The notes under the pieces are model-generated. The model was not told the DNA's origin, did no database searches, and saw only the letters and a program-made list of their open reading frames with translations. A stretch of DNA of 32,000 nucleotides, taken from Polynucleobacter necessarius (GTDB taxonomy: Bacteria > Pseudomonadota > Gammaproteobacteria > Burkholderiales > Burkholderiaceae). The position numbers were made by a program, and so were the translations under genes. Below are positions 1 through 9,961 of the stretch, in pieces (position 1 is the stretch's first letter; each line of letters opens with the position of its first letter). The stretch spans positions 60,001 to 92,000 of the forward strand of contig NZ_LT606950.1 in the NCBI RefSeq assembly GCF_900095195.1, given 5' to 3'.

Positions 1-31
1 GTGGTCTGTTCGAGTCGGACAAGGGGCACCA
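1..31 (+). tRNA. 3' end of a tRNA gene (T-arm, acceptor 3' strand, encoded CCA); isotype not determinable because the 5' part lies outside the window
   Basis: Positions 4-20 fold as a canonical T-arm: GTCTG / TTCGAGT / CGGAC, with 5 bp including one G-U pair and a 7-nt TTCGAGT loop. A 7-nt acceptor strand AAGGGGC (21-27), discriminator A (28) and CCA (29-31) follow. Confidence 0.55.
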
Positions 32-69
32 GATCTACGGCCATCCAAGTTCTTGGAGGGCTTTTTAAC

Positions 70-1400
70 TCAAAGATTGAGATTAATTCTCCTGGTTTCA
101 AAGACACACAAAAAGTAAATAATTGCAGCGCTTGCCAAAAAAGAGATTTTGTACCAAAGTCCAGGCAAGCTATTGCCACAAATTTGATTTAACCAAGCCA
201 CAATCAGGGGGCATCCCACCAACCCATCCAGCTGCGAGATTGTGTGGAAGTGTGGCAGCGCTATTCCTATTTTTTGCGGGAAATAATTCTGCAAGAAGTG
301 CTGTTTGAGGTCCAACTGCTAGCCCTAGTGAGGGGGCAAGAAGAAACAAGATAAGTCCAATGCCAAGCAATGCACTGTTTGATGCTGAATTTAAATAAGC
401 GTTACCCAATATCTGTAGTAGTTCGTACGCAAGCTGAATACATAGGGCCCCAAGAATAATCCCACTCAAGATTGTCGGTTTTCGGCCAATTCGATTCGAA
501 AGCCATCTTCCTAAAACTATTAGAGGACAAAGAGCTAGGGTTGAGAAAATACTCAAATTATCTACTAAGGCAGCATTGAGTCCTACGGAAGTTTTTAAGA
601 AGATCGCTGTATATACCTGAACGCAGAAAAACAGAATTGCACCACTTGAAGAGATGCAAAAAATAATAGAAACATTCTTTTGCGAATTTCAGGATCCTTG
701 AAATTGTTTAGAAGTTGCGATTCATTTTTTTGCTCTTGCTTTGCGAGTTCCAAAAACACGGGAGTTTCTTCTAGTGACCGTCGCAAATACACAGCAATCA
801 TAAGAAGGATCAGTGAAGCCCAGAATGGTACCCGCCAGCCCCAATCCTGAAACTGTGATTGCGAAAGCCATTTTTGAAGAATGGCAATTTGTAATGTAGA
901 AGCCAATATACCCAGAGGGCCCATGAGTTGCAGGAAGCTTGTTTTAAAACCTCGATGCCGATTGCCAGCATGCTCCGTGAGGTAGATGGCACTTCCGCCG
1001 ATTTCGCCGCCGGCAGATAAGCCCTGAAGAATGCGTAAAACAACTAAAAAAATGGGTGCCCAAATACCAATTTCTGCATAAGTTGGTAAAAATCCTACGC
1101 AAACCGTTGCGAAACCCATGATGGCAATCGTGATCATGAAGACAGGTTTACGGCCAATACGATCACCCAAGGAGCCAAACAAGGCTGATCCCATGGGTTC
1201 TGACCACCATGCCAATACCAAAAGTCGCTAAGCTTGCTAATAGCTCTGCATTTGGATCGTTTGTTGGAGAAAAGAGCGGACCAAGAACTACTGCAAGCGT
1301 AGCGAATGTGAGAAAGTCATACCACTCTAAAAAAAGTCCCAAAACAAGCTGCTATGGCTACTTTTTTGTAATGACGCCCACTTGTATTTGAGTCGTTCAA
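70..1400 (-). pseudogene. MHS-family (metabolite:H+ symporter, ProP-like) MFS transporter, multiply frameshifted
   Basis: Pieces in different frames reconstruct one permease. The unlisted N-terminal piece from TTG at 1400 reads MNDSNTSGRHYKKVAIAACFGTFF, then EWYDFLTFATLAVVLGPLF in another frame. ORF 595-1221 has FGSLGDRIGRKP, LRILQGLSAGGE and EHAGNRHRG. ORF 170-556 has a second LSNRIGRKP and ELFPAKNR. ORF 70-315 supplies the C-terminus ...IVAWLNQ..GNSLPGLWY...FETRR. Frame changes lie near 1329-1335 (A7 run on the + strand), ~1199, ~655 (A6 run) and ~207 (G5 run). Confidence 0.8.
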
Positions 1401-1401
1401 T

Positions 1402-2676
1402 TTATTCAGAATCAGATGAGGATTCTATTAGAGGGGGGGATAAATTTTTGGAGGGTTTAACGCCAAGTTCTCGCACTTTTTCTGCGGCTCGAATTAAATT
1501 ACCTTTTCCAGTTTTGAGTTTATTAAAGGCATCGTGATAGCTTGTTTGTGCTTGGTCTAAGCGTTGCCCCAATTTTTCAAGATCATCTACAAAGCCAACA
1601 AACTTATCGTATAGGTTGCCGCATTGCTTCGCGATTTCAAGCGCATTACGGTTTTGGTGATCTTGCCTCCAAAGATGTGCAACAGTTCTGAGAGTTGCCA
1701 TCAGGGTACTTGGGCACACAAGCACAATATTTTTGGCTAATGCCTCTTGATATAAGTTTGGAGTAGTCTTTAAGGCCAGCAAGAAAGCAGGCTCTATTGG
1801 TATAAACATGAGGACAAAATCTACTGATCCAGCGCCATATAGTGTGCTGTAGTTTTTGCCTGAAAGCCCTTGAATATGTTGTCGCAAAGATTGAATATGG
1901 GCCGCTAATTCAAGTTCGCCAACTTTTGCATCAGAAGCTTCAGTGTGTCTTGCATACGCAGTAATAGAGACTTTACTGTCAATAACTAAGCTTCTACCCT
2001 CGGGTAGCTTGACCACAACATCAGGTTGAAGGCGCGAGCCATCGCTTTGTGTATGGCTATCCTGAACAATGTACTCCTCGCCTTTGCGAAGTCCCGAAGA
2101 CTCGAGAATAGACTCGAGAACCAATTCTCCCCAATTTCCTTGGACCTTGGAGTCGCCCTTAAGCGCTTGGGTTAGAGAGCGAGTCTCATCAGACATTTTG
2201 ATGTTGAGATTGGCCAGGCGCTCAATTTCATTTTTGAGCGCGTGCCGCTCGCTAGCTTCATTGTTATAAGAGTTATTAACCTGCTCCTTAAACTCTGAGA
2301 GCTTGGTTTGTAGGGGTTTTAAAAGAACATCAAGGTTAGCTGCGTTTTGTTCGGTAAATCGTTTTGATTTATCTTCAAAAATCTCGTTGGCTAGATTTTT
2401 AAATTGGCTAGTTAATACTTCCTTGGCTTCGTTCAGCGCTTCAATACGGCTTAATGCCTGTTTACGCTCAGCTTCAAGTTCCGTTTCTAATCTAATAGCA
2501 TTTTGTATGGCTTGATCACGTTCATTTCTCAGGCTTGCTGTCAAAACACTTTCTGACTGAAGTAGGTTCTCGGCGCGCGCGAGGCTAGAACGTAAATTGA
2601 GGGCGTAAACCAAAAGGCCCGCACATAATCCTAGCGGTAGGCCAAATAGAATGAGATTGCCGAGATCAAAATTCAC
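1402..2676 (-). CDS. rmuC: DNA recombination protein RmuC
   Basis: Intact 424-aa ORF with an N-terminal TM helix, a long coiled-coil and an RmuC-type C-terminal nuclease-like domain (..VDFVLMFIPIEPAF.., ..VLVCPSTLMATLR..). It starts at GTG. Confidence 0.85.
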   Translation of the reverse strand: MNFDLGNLILFGLPLGLCAGLLVYALNLRSSLARAENLLQSESVLTASLRNERDQAIQNAIRLETELEAERKQALSRIEALNEAKEVLTSQFKNLANEIFEDKSKRFTEQNAANLDVLLKPLQTKLSEFKEQVNNSYNNEASERHALKNEIERLANLNIKMSDETRSLTQALKGDSKVQGNWGELVLESILESSGLRKGEEYIVQDSHTQSDGSRLQPDVVVKLPEGRSLVIDSKVSITAYARHTEASDAKVGELELAAHIQSLRQHIQGLSGKNYSTLYGAGSVDFVLMFIPIEPAFLLALKTTPNLYQEALAKNIVLVCPSTLMATLRTVAHLWRQDHQNRNALEIAKQCGNLYDKFVGFVDDLEKLGQRLDQAQTSYHDAFNKLKTGKGNLIRAAEKVRELGVKPSKNLSPPLIESSSDSE

Positions 2677-2690
2677 TGAGCGTAGGGCGA

Positions 2691-2999
2691 TTAGCCCTTA
2701 ATTAATTTCTGAAGCTCCCCCGACTGATACATTTCAGTCATGATGTCAGAGCCACCTATGAATTCTCCATTCACGTAGAGTTGTGGAATGGTCGGCCAGT
2801 TAGCATACTCTTTGATTCCCTGGCGGATAGCTGGATCCTCCAAGACGTTCACGGTATGAAGTTTTTCTACACCGCTCGCACGAAGAATATTCACAGCATT
2901 TCCCGAGAATCCGCACTGTGGAAATTGCGCAGTACCTTTCATGAATAGCACAACGAGATGGCTGGTAACGATTTCTTTAATTTGATCTTGGGTGTCCAT
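2691..2999 (-). CDS. grxD: Grx4-family monothiol glutaredoxin
   Basis: 102 aa with the CGFS active site (PQCGFS), the WPTIPQLY motif and a typical length. Confidence 0.9.
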   Translation of the reverse strand: MDTQDQIKEIVTSHLVVLFMKGTAQFPQCGFSGNAVNILRASGVEKLHTVNVLEDPAIRQGIKEYANWPTIPQLYVNGEFIGGSDIMTEMYQSGELQKLIKG

Positions 3000-3096
3000 A
3001 AATTCTCTCTAAGTAAGACATTAACGCATTAAAAATGGCTAGAAACCACCGACAAATCAATTTTAAGACTTAATTTAGAAAATGGTAACGGCGGTC

Positions 3097-3954
3097 CTAT
3101 TTTCGGGCGGATATCACTCGGTGATGACCTGCTAAATCTTGATGAATATGAATATCGGTAAATTCGGCAAATTTTTCTATATCAGCGACCGCTTCCGATT
3201 GATCAAATCCATGTTCTACCGCAATTAGGCCTTTGGGATTAAGGTGGCTAGAAGCCCCCCGAATAATCGCCTGAAGACAACTTAGGCCATCGGCATGATC
3301 TGTTAGTGCAGAAATAGGCTCATAGCGAAGATCACCCTGTGCAAGGTGAGGGTCTTGAGCGGCGATGTAAGGAGGGTTACTTAGAATGACATCAAAAAAA
3401 TCTACAATATCCAAGGCATGGTACCAATCTCCTTGCAAAAATTTCACACGAGAATCAAGACCCAGTTTTTTGGCATTAGCCTTGGCAATCTCCAAGGCAG
3501 TAGAGGATTGGTCGGTAGCAATCACTTGCACATTAGGCAGCTCATGGGCAATTGCCAATGCTATTGCCCCAGACCCAGTGCCGAGATCCAAAATCCTTAG
3601 ACAGCCTTCTAAATTTTCAATACATTTGATCTCTTGAAGGGCTATATCAACAAGTAATTCTGTTTCAGGGCGCGGTATCAAGACGCCGGGCGCTACCGTA
3701 AGTTCAATATTGTGAAAATCTCTCTTGCCAATGAGATAGGCGACTGGCTCGCCCGATAACCTCTTGGATTCAAGCGAATACCAATTTTCTATTGCTAGGG
3801 CGTGGAGCTCCAATTCATCGCGAGAGATAATTGCTGATCGAGGTAGCTGGTAGTGTTTATCAAGTACGTGCGCCATCAAGATATGAGCTTCGTTACGAGG
3901 AAGCGCTGTGCTGCCCAGTAGGGATCGCAGACTCAAACCCTTATTCATTATCAA
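3097..3954 (-). CDS. prmC: Release factor glutamine N5-methyltransferase PrmC (HemK)
   Basis: 285 aa with the SAM-binding motif DLGTGSGAIA and the catalytic NPPY. It lies immediately downstream of prfA, as in the conserved hemA-prfA-prmC arrangement. Confidence 0.9.
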   Translation of the reverse strand: MIMNKGLSLRSLLGSTALPRNEAHILMAHVLDKHYQLPRSAIISRDELELHALAIENWYSLESKRLSGEPVAYLIGKRDFHNIELTVAPGVLIPRPETELLVDIALQEIKCIENLEGCLRILDLGTGSGAIALAIAHELPNVQVIATDQSSTALEIAKANAKKLGLDSRVKFLQGDWYHALDIVDFFDVILSNPPYIAAQDPHLAQGDLRYEPISALTDHADGLSCLQAIIRGASSHLNPKGLIAVEHGFDQSEAVADIEKFAEFTDIHIHQDLAGHHRVISARK

Positions 3955-3966
3955 TTTAGTGAATAA

Positions 3967-5046
3967 TTAATTGTCACCAAGTGCTGCGAGTAATTCGGCT
4001 TGATGTTCAAATGCAAGGGCATTACAGAGATCATCGAGATCACCATCCATCATGGCATCAATTTTATACAGGGTAAGATTAATGCGGTGATCGGTGATGC
4101 GACCTTGTGGGAAGTTATAGGTCCGAATGCGATCGCTACGATCACCTGAGCCAATCAGGGATTTTCGTGTTTGCGCTTCGCGTTGATGCTTTTCACGTTC
4201 ACGGGCATCCATGATGCGTGAGACCAATACTTTCATTGCTTGTTCGCGGTTACGGTGTTGGCTACGGTCATCCTGACACTCCACTACCGTGCCTGTGGGT
4301 AAGTGTGTGATACGAACGGCAGAATCTGTCTTATTGATATGTTGTCCGCCAGCGCCTGAGGCTCTGAAGGTATCAATACGCAATTCTGCTGGATTAATTT
4401 TCACGGCTTCTAATTCATCGGCTTCTGGCATGACTGCTACTGTGCAGGCTGAAGTATGAATGCGTCCTTGAGTCTCGGTCTCAGGAACGCGTTGGATGCG
4501 ATGACCGCCAGATTCAAATTTCAAGCGTGAGTAGACGGATTGACCCACCAAACGCAGGACAACCTCTTTATAGCCACCCAAGTCAGATTCAGCCGCGCTA
4601 ACGACTTCCACTTTCCATTCCTGACGTTCGGCAAAGCGGGTGTACATACGTAATAGATCCCCAGCAAATAATGCGCTCTCGTCACCGCCAGTACCCGCCC
4701 GAATTTCTAAGAACACATTGCGTTCATCATTCTCATCTTTGGGTAGTAAAAGTTTTTGGAGCGTACCCTCAAGCTCTTCCATAGTTGCATGTGCTTGCTT
4801 CTGCTCTTCATCAGCAAACTCTTTCATCTCAGGATCTTTGCGCATTTCTTCGGCAGCTTGAGCATCCGCTTCAGCTTGCTTGTACAAGCCAAATTGTTCG
4901 ACAACGTTTGCGATATCGGAGTGTTCGCGCGTTAGCTTCCGATAAGCATCCATATCTTTGGTTGCTTCCTCGGAGGCTAAAAGGGAGTTAAGTTCGGCTA
5001 AGCGCGTGTCTAGATGTTCCAGCTTAGCCCGCATGCTGGGCTTCAT
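3967..5046 (-). CDS. prfA: Peptide chain release factor 1
   Basis: 359 aa with the GGQ motif ([19 protein letters not shown]) and an RF1-type PxT tripeptide region ([15 protein letters not shown]). Its ATG directly abuts the hemA stop codon. Confidence 0.95.
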   Translation of the reverse strand: MKPSMRAKLEHLDTRLAELNSLLASEEATKDMDAYRKLTREHSDIANVVEQFGLYKQAEADAQAAEEMRKDPEMKEFADEEQKQAHATMEELEGTLQKLLLPKDENDERNVFLEIRAGTGGDESALFAGDLLRMYTRFAERQEWKVEVVSAAESDLGGYKEVVLRLVGQSVYSRLKFESGGHRIQRVPETETQGRIHTSACTVAVMPEADELEAVKINPAELRIDTFRASGAGGQHINKTDSAVRITHLPTGTVVECQDDRSQHRNREQAMKVLVSRIMDAREREKHQREAQTRKSLIGSGDRSDRIRTYNFPQGRITDHRINLTLYKIDAMMDGDLDDLCNALAFEHQAELLAALGDN

Positions 5047-6363
5047 CTAATGATCTTCAGGTTTGGTGTGTGAGGCGAATAATTTGGGTAGCAACTTGAT
5101 CAAGGCGTCGCGCTCGGCACCGTTGGAATGTTGCAAAGCATGGAGTGAGCCATGTAAAAATTTATTAGTTAAGCCTTGTGCCATTGCGTTTAGCACTTCT
5201 TGTGGATCATCTCCACGCATCAAGCGTTTCATTGCGCGTTCAAGTTCGAGCTGTCTTAAGTGCTCACCTTGTTGTTGAATATCCTGAATCAAAGGCACGG
5301 CATTACGCCCTTGCATCCAGTGCATAAAGTTGCCAACTCGATCCTCAATAATCGCCTCTGCTTGGCTCACAGCAGCTTGGCGCAAGCTCGTGCCAGTTTG
5401 AATCATGACTCCTAGATCATCAACCGTGTAGAGGTATACGTCATCGAGCCTTGCTATCTCAGGCTCAAAGTCTCGGGGAACCGCTAGATCAATCATCACC
5501 ATCGGCTTGTGCCGGCGCAGTTTTAGGGCGCTTTCGACTAAGCCAAAACCAATGATGGGAAGGGAAGAGGCGGTGCTAGAAACAATGATGTCAAATTCAT
5601 GTAAGCGACCAGGAAGTTCTGAGAGCTTAAAGGACTCTGCTTGTATATCTTGTGCTGCGATGGAATCAGCCAATTCTTGACCGCGTTCAATAGTGCGGTT
5701 TGCTATGGCAACATTTTTAGGTTTGCGTGCTACAAAGTGGGTTGCGCATAAGGTGATCATTTCACCAGCGCCTATGAATAATATTTTCTGATCAGATATC
5801 TTCTCAAAAATTCGTTCGGAGAGTCTTACAGAGGCTGCGGCCATCGAAATAGAGTGTGCGCCAATCTCGGTAGAGCCACGAACCCCTTTAGCAACAGCAA
5901 ATGTTTTTTGAAATAGCTGGTTGAGATAGGTTCCCAAAACGCCTGCATCATTTGCGGTACGAACCGCATCTTTCATTTGACCCAAAATTTGGGTTTCGCC
6001 AATCACCATTGAGTCGAGGCCGCACGCAACCCTGAAAGCATGGCGAACAGCCTCTGATTGAGGCAAAGAGTAAATGTGTGGTTCGAGACTGCTGGGGGCA
6101 AGCTGTTGAGTTTTGGCCAGCCAATCAAAAGTTGCCTCATGCAGAATATCTGCAGCATTGGCATCATTTGCTGCGCAATAGACTTCAGTGCGATTGCAGG
6201 TTGACAAAATAGTGGCTTCAGGCAGCCCAGCCTGATTCGCGCCCAATAAATGTTGGCGCAGATCGTGCAACGCTTCTTGAAGAAATTCAGGATCGAAGGC
6301 GACCTTCTCCCGAATGGCGACCGGCGCTGTGTGATGATTGATGCCGAGTGTCAACAACTTCAT
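5047..6363 (-). CDS. hemA: Glutamyl-tRNA reductase
   Basis: 438 aa. The N-terminus [18 protein letters not shown], the catalytic-Cys region STCNRTEVY and the NADPH-binding GAGEM are all typical of HemA. Confidence 0.95.
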   Translation of the reverse strand: MKLLTLGINHHTAPVAIREKVAFDPEFLQEALHDLRQHLLGANQAGLPEATILSTCNRTEVYCAANDANAADILHEATFDWLAKTQQLAPSSLEPHIYSLPQSEAVRHAFRVACGLDSMVIGETQILGQMKDAVRTANDAGVLGTYLNQLFQKTFAVAKGVRGSTEIGAHSISMAAASVRLSERIFEKISDQKILFIGAGEMITLCATHFVARKPKNVAIANRTIERGQELADSIAAQDIQAESFKLSELPGRLHEFDIIVSSTASSLPIIGFGLVESALKLRRHKPMVMIDLAVPRDFEPEIARLDDVYLYTVDDLGVMIQTGTSLRQAAVSQAEAIIEDRVGNFMHWMQGRNAVPLIQDIQQQGEHLRQLELERAMKRLMRGDDPQEVLNAMAQGLTNKFLHGSLHALQHSNGAERDALIKLLPKLFASHTKPEDH

Positions 6364-6406
6364 AATGGTGATTATAGATTTGATGACGTCAGCAATGGGG
6401 GTAAGA

Positions 6407-6661
6407 ATGGGGGTTTTGGCTTTTCTGCTAATTGGGGGTGGGTCAGGGGCCTCAGCCTGGATTTTTTACCCCAGAAGACCTCGGAGCACCGAGTTCTTGA
6501 GGTTTTTATTGGCTATATTGCTGGGCTTTCTAGCGGCCTTAGCAAGCTCTTACATAGGGCAGTACCAGGGATTTTTCCAATCCGGCCAAAAGCTTGAGTG
6601 GGTTAGCGCGATTATTGTCTCTAGCTTTGCAGGAGGCCTCTACGCTTCTCTAGCGAAATAG
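6407..6661 (+). CDS. Small membrane protein, GlsB/YeaQ/YmgE-like (start chosen at an internal ATG)
   Basis: The frame-2 ORF 6338-6661 cannot start upstream of the hemA start. From the ATG at 6407 it reads [20 protein letters not shown]...[15 protein letters not shown]...[18 protein letters not shown]. That gives about 84 aa and three hydrophobic segments, matching the size and pattern of this family. A G-rich stretch lies just upstream. Confidence 0.45.
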   Translation: MGVLAFLLIGGGSGASAWIFYPRRPRSTEFLRFLLAILLGFLAALASSYIGQYQGFFQSGQKLEWVSAIIVSSFAGGLYASLAK

Positions 6662-7423
6662 ATCTGCCTGGTGAGTCTGGTTGGAGTCTTGGGCAGTTCT
6701 AATCCACTGAATGGGCTCTAGTCCATGGCCTGCTAACCAAGCATTTGTTTTGGTGAAGTGATTACAGCTTTCTTTACCGCCCGGCACTAAAAAAGGTTTG
6801 TCAGTTTTGTAAACCCCTAGGCCTGATGGATGGGACGATTGCAAAATCAATGAATCTTTTCCAGTATCGATGAGTGGAAGCTTGGATTGAGCGTGGCCTC
6901 CCCAAAGCATCCACACTAAATTGGAATTTCTCTTGGCTAAGTCAGAAATCAACAAATTGATAAGGCTCTTCCAGCCTATATTCGCATGACTGCCTGCTTC
7001 CCCAAGTTTGACGCTGAGTGCGGTGTTGAGTAGAAGCACTCCTTGTTTTGCCCAATCATGCAAATCGCCATTTGGCAGCTTTCCAAATCCTTCTAGTTCG
7101 AGTGCTTTGCTGATATTGCGAAGAGAGCTTGGGAACGCTCTTGAATTGACGGGGATATTGCTCGGAATCGAGAAAGCAAGACCTTGCGCAAGCCCTGGTG
7201 AGTGATACGGATCTTGTCCAAGAATGATCGCTTTGACGCTTTCAACTGGTGTTAACTCAAAAGCCCTAAAAAAATGTTGGGGGTCTGGGCGAACGCTATT
7301 AAATTCGCTCGCTAAGATAGACTGAATATTGCCTTCTAGCGTTTTCCAAGAGGACGATTCAAAATAATCGCCCAACAGGTTGCGCCAATCTTGAGGTATA
7401 GCATCTTTGGAGAACGGGGGCAT
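6650..7423 (-). CDS. ung: Uracil-DNA glycosylase (family 1)
   Basis: 257 aa with the catalytic GQDPYH motif, LLLNTALSV and an HPS-type motif B (SSHPSGLG), here followed by a longer loop than I remember for E. coli Ung. The 3' end overlaps the convergent small membrane gene by 12 nt. Confidence 0.85.
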   Translation of the reverse strand: MPPFSKDAIPQDWRNLLGDYFESSSWKTLEGNIQSILASEFNSVRPDPQHFFRAFELTPVESVKAIILGQDPYHSPGLAQGLAFSIPSNIPVNSRAFPSSLRNISKALELEGFGKLPNGDLHDWAKQGVLLLNTALSVKLGEAGSHANIGWKSLINLLISDLAKRNSNLVWMLWGGHAQSKLPLIDTGKDSLILQSSHPSGLGVYKTDKPFLVPGGKESCNHFTKTNAWLAGHGLEPIQWIRTAQDSNQTHQADLFR

Positions 7424-7427
7424 TGGA

Positions 7428-9229
7428 TTACGTGTTGCCAGACTTTGCAGTGGTCAGATCGTATTGCTTTGGCAGTTGAGACGGTAAGAGCATCAAAATA
7501 CGCTCATGTTCAAGATCGTCACGATAAAAGGTTGGGCTGATATCTTGATTTTTAGTAAGGCTATTGAGTACCTTATCAAACCGTGCGCTGGTAATGCGCT
7601 GGCCATTAATGCTCGCTAGTAAATCGCCTGCCGCTAAGCCTGCTGCTTGTGCGGCTCCTCCATCCAAAATATGGGTAATCTTGAGCCATCCATTTGAATC
7701 AATATGGCGCATACCGAACTGTAGTTTTACTTTCTCGAGTTTGGTCTGATGCTTTAATTTCACTGCAACATATTTTGAAGCAATCCATTTTTAGATCGGA
7801 ATATCCTCAACTCCAAAAATATAGCGTGATTTAAATTCACTCCAAATTTTCATGAAGCTATTGCCAAGCAAGGTATTGATTAAATCATCAAGACCATTTT
7901 CAGAGATCCCGTCGAGTGTGATCCCATGCTTTTTCCAGATTAGTCGCATCAAATCGTCTAATGATTTTTTATGCTTTGAAAATCCGCGAATTTGCAAATC
8001 TAACCCAAGAGCAAGCAGAGCGCCTTTGCCGTAATAACTCACCACCGCATTTGGAGTGTTTTCGTCGACTTGATAATATTTTTCCATGCATCAAAAGAGC
8101 TATCTGCAAGACTTTGTTTAAGTCTACCAGGACCTCGTAATACGCCGTTCCAGTTATCGGAGACGAGTTTCAGGTATGCGCCAAGATTGATGCGCTTGCT
8201 GCGAAAAAGCTGAAGGTCATCGTAGTAGCTGGTAAATCCTTCAAATAGCCACAGTAAGCGGGTGTGATTTCGATTGCTTAGTTCGTAAGGCTGAAATGCT
8301 TTTGGTTGAATGCGCTTGACCAACCAAGCATGAAAATATTCATGACTGCATAGCCCTAGAAATTCACGATAGCTAGCCTCATCTAAAGGAGTGTCTTTTT
8401 GGGGAAGTTGATCTCTGCGGCAGAGTAAAGCGGTGCTATTGCGATGTTCAAGGCCGCCATATCCATTTAGGACTGCATTGACTAGAAATAAATAGCTTGA
8501 AAATAGCGGCCGCTTTGTTTTGGGCTCAAACAGATTGATCGTCGCGGAACAAATTGCTTGTAAGTCGTTTGTTAGGCGCGTTACATCAATCGGATGTAAC
8601 CATCCTTGGATGGCCATGCTATGTGGCGTGCTATTGGAATTCCAGCGCACGATCTGAAACTCCCCCATGGCTACAGGATGATCAATCAGGTCATCATAAT
8701 TCTTTGCAAGGTAGAAACCAAAACCACGTGCATCGGTTTTTGCTGATGTGAGGCGGGTTTGAACAATCCAACTCTCAGCGTGAACACTTTCTGGTGGGGT
8801 AATAGCAAGTGAGCAGGGTACGTGGGTTTGTCCTTTAACCATCAAGCAAAGGCTGGTGGCATTGAAAAAAGCCCGTTCAGTATCAAGATATGCTGCACGC
8901 ACAGAATTATCAAAGGCGTAAACCGTTGTGACGATGTCTACCGCACTATTTGCGTCTGACAAAATCCATTGATCATTATCAATTCGCTCTAGAGTAATTT
9001 TTTTCCTTGAAGAGCCTGCTGTAAATGCCTCGATCGATTCAATGTGTTTGGAAAAATCGCGAATTAAATAGCTGCCTGGTATCCAAGCGGGCATCTGCAG
9101 AATTTGACCCTGGGGATCAGGATTGGCAATATGCAGTTTTACTTGAAAACGATGACCATGAAGGTCTGTTGGCCATACGGTGTATTGAATTGCTGGCAGA
9201 TCGGAAGCGTTCATATCAATAGGCGTCAC
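7428..9229 (-). pseudogene. M61 glycyl-aminopeptidase-like metallopeptidase with C-terminal PDZ domain; one frameshift plus one in-frame stop
   Basis: ORF 8039-9229 carries WIPGSYLIRDF, GGLEHRNST and the zinc motif HEYFHAWLVKRIQP. The frame changes at ~8083-8090 (..SSFDAW then KYYQVDENTPNAVVSYY in ORF 7791-8087). A TAA at 7791-7793 is in frame with ORF 7428-7763, which encodes the PDZ domain (LDGGAAQAAGLAAGDLLASINGQ). Confidence 0.8.
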
Positions 9230-9232
9230 TCA

Positions 9233-9961
9233 CTATTTTAGAGAAGCAAATTTCTTTTCAATATCGGTAATCTGAACTGCACTAGGAAAGCGGCTTCCAT
9301 CTGTAAAAAAGATGGTGGGTGTGCCGGTAATGCCATAGGATTTGGCGTAAGTCAGATTTTTATCTAATGGATTTGCACAATCAGTTTTTCCATTTGGCGA
9401 AACGCCATTGACCATCCAATCCATATAGGCTTTATTGGGATCGGAAGAGCACCAAATTTGCTTTGATTTCTGAATAGAGTCTGCTGATAGTATGGGTATT
9501 AGATAGGTATAAATGGTGACGTTATCGAGTTGCTGCAAAGATTTCTCAAGACGCTTGCAGTAGCCACAATTGGGATCAGAAAAAATAGCCATTTGACGTG
9601 AGCCATTGCCACGCGCTGTTTTGAAGGCATTTGCTTGCTTAAGATCAGACCATTTGATGCGGTTGATATCAGCTTGCCTTTGTTCCGTAATATTTTTGCC
9701 AGTAGCCAGCTCAATAATTTCACCTTGGATGAGATACTTGACTGAACCGTCGGTGTAAAAGACATCATTGCCTACAAGTACTTCGTATACCCCAGATACT
9801 GGGCTGGGTGCAACGCTTCGCACTTTTGCGTTTGAACCCAATTTTTTTTGAATTTCGGTTTTAATTTGTTGCTCGGTTTGCGCAAATGCAGAATTTGAGA
9901 AGCTGAGCGCGCCCAAAACAATGGCGAGTGTCATCAACGCCAAAGATAAAAATTTAGTCAA
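9233..9961 (-). CDS. dsbC: Periplasmic thiol:disulfide interchange protein, DsbC type
   Basis: 242 aa with a signal peptide ending AFA-Q and the thioredoxin-fold active site CGYC (DPNCGYCKRLE). The C-terminal region GTPTIFF is typical. Confidence 0.75.
   Translation of the reverse strand: MTKFLSLALMTLAIVLGALSFSNSAFAQTEQQIKTEIQKKLGSNAKVRSVAPSPVSGVYEVLVGNDVFYTDGSVKYLIQGEIIELATGKNITEQRQADINRIKWSDLKQANAFKTARGNGSRQMAIFSDPNCGYCKRLEKSLQQLDNVTIYTYLIPILSADSIQKSKQIWCSSDPNKAYMDWMVNGVSPNGKTDCANPLDKNLTYAKSYGITGTPTIFFTDGSRFPSAVQITDIEKKFASLK

Noticed and set aside
1-308. ORFs 1-192 and 123-308 on the + strand
   Set aside because: The first starts inside the tRNA 3' end and both run antisense to the C-terminal part of the MFS pseudogene. 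There is no protein-like signal.
6250-6597. A 115-aa + strand ORF spanning the hemA start region
   Set aside because: It overlaps the hemA 5' end and competes with the frame-2 ORF, whose product looks like a genuine small membrane protein. It has no motif support.
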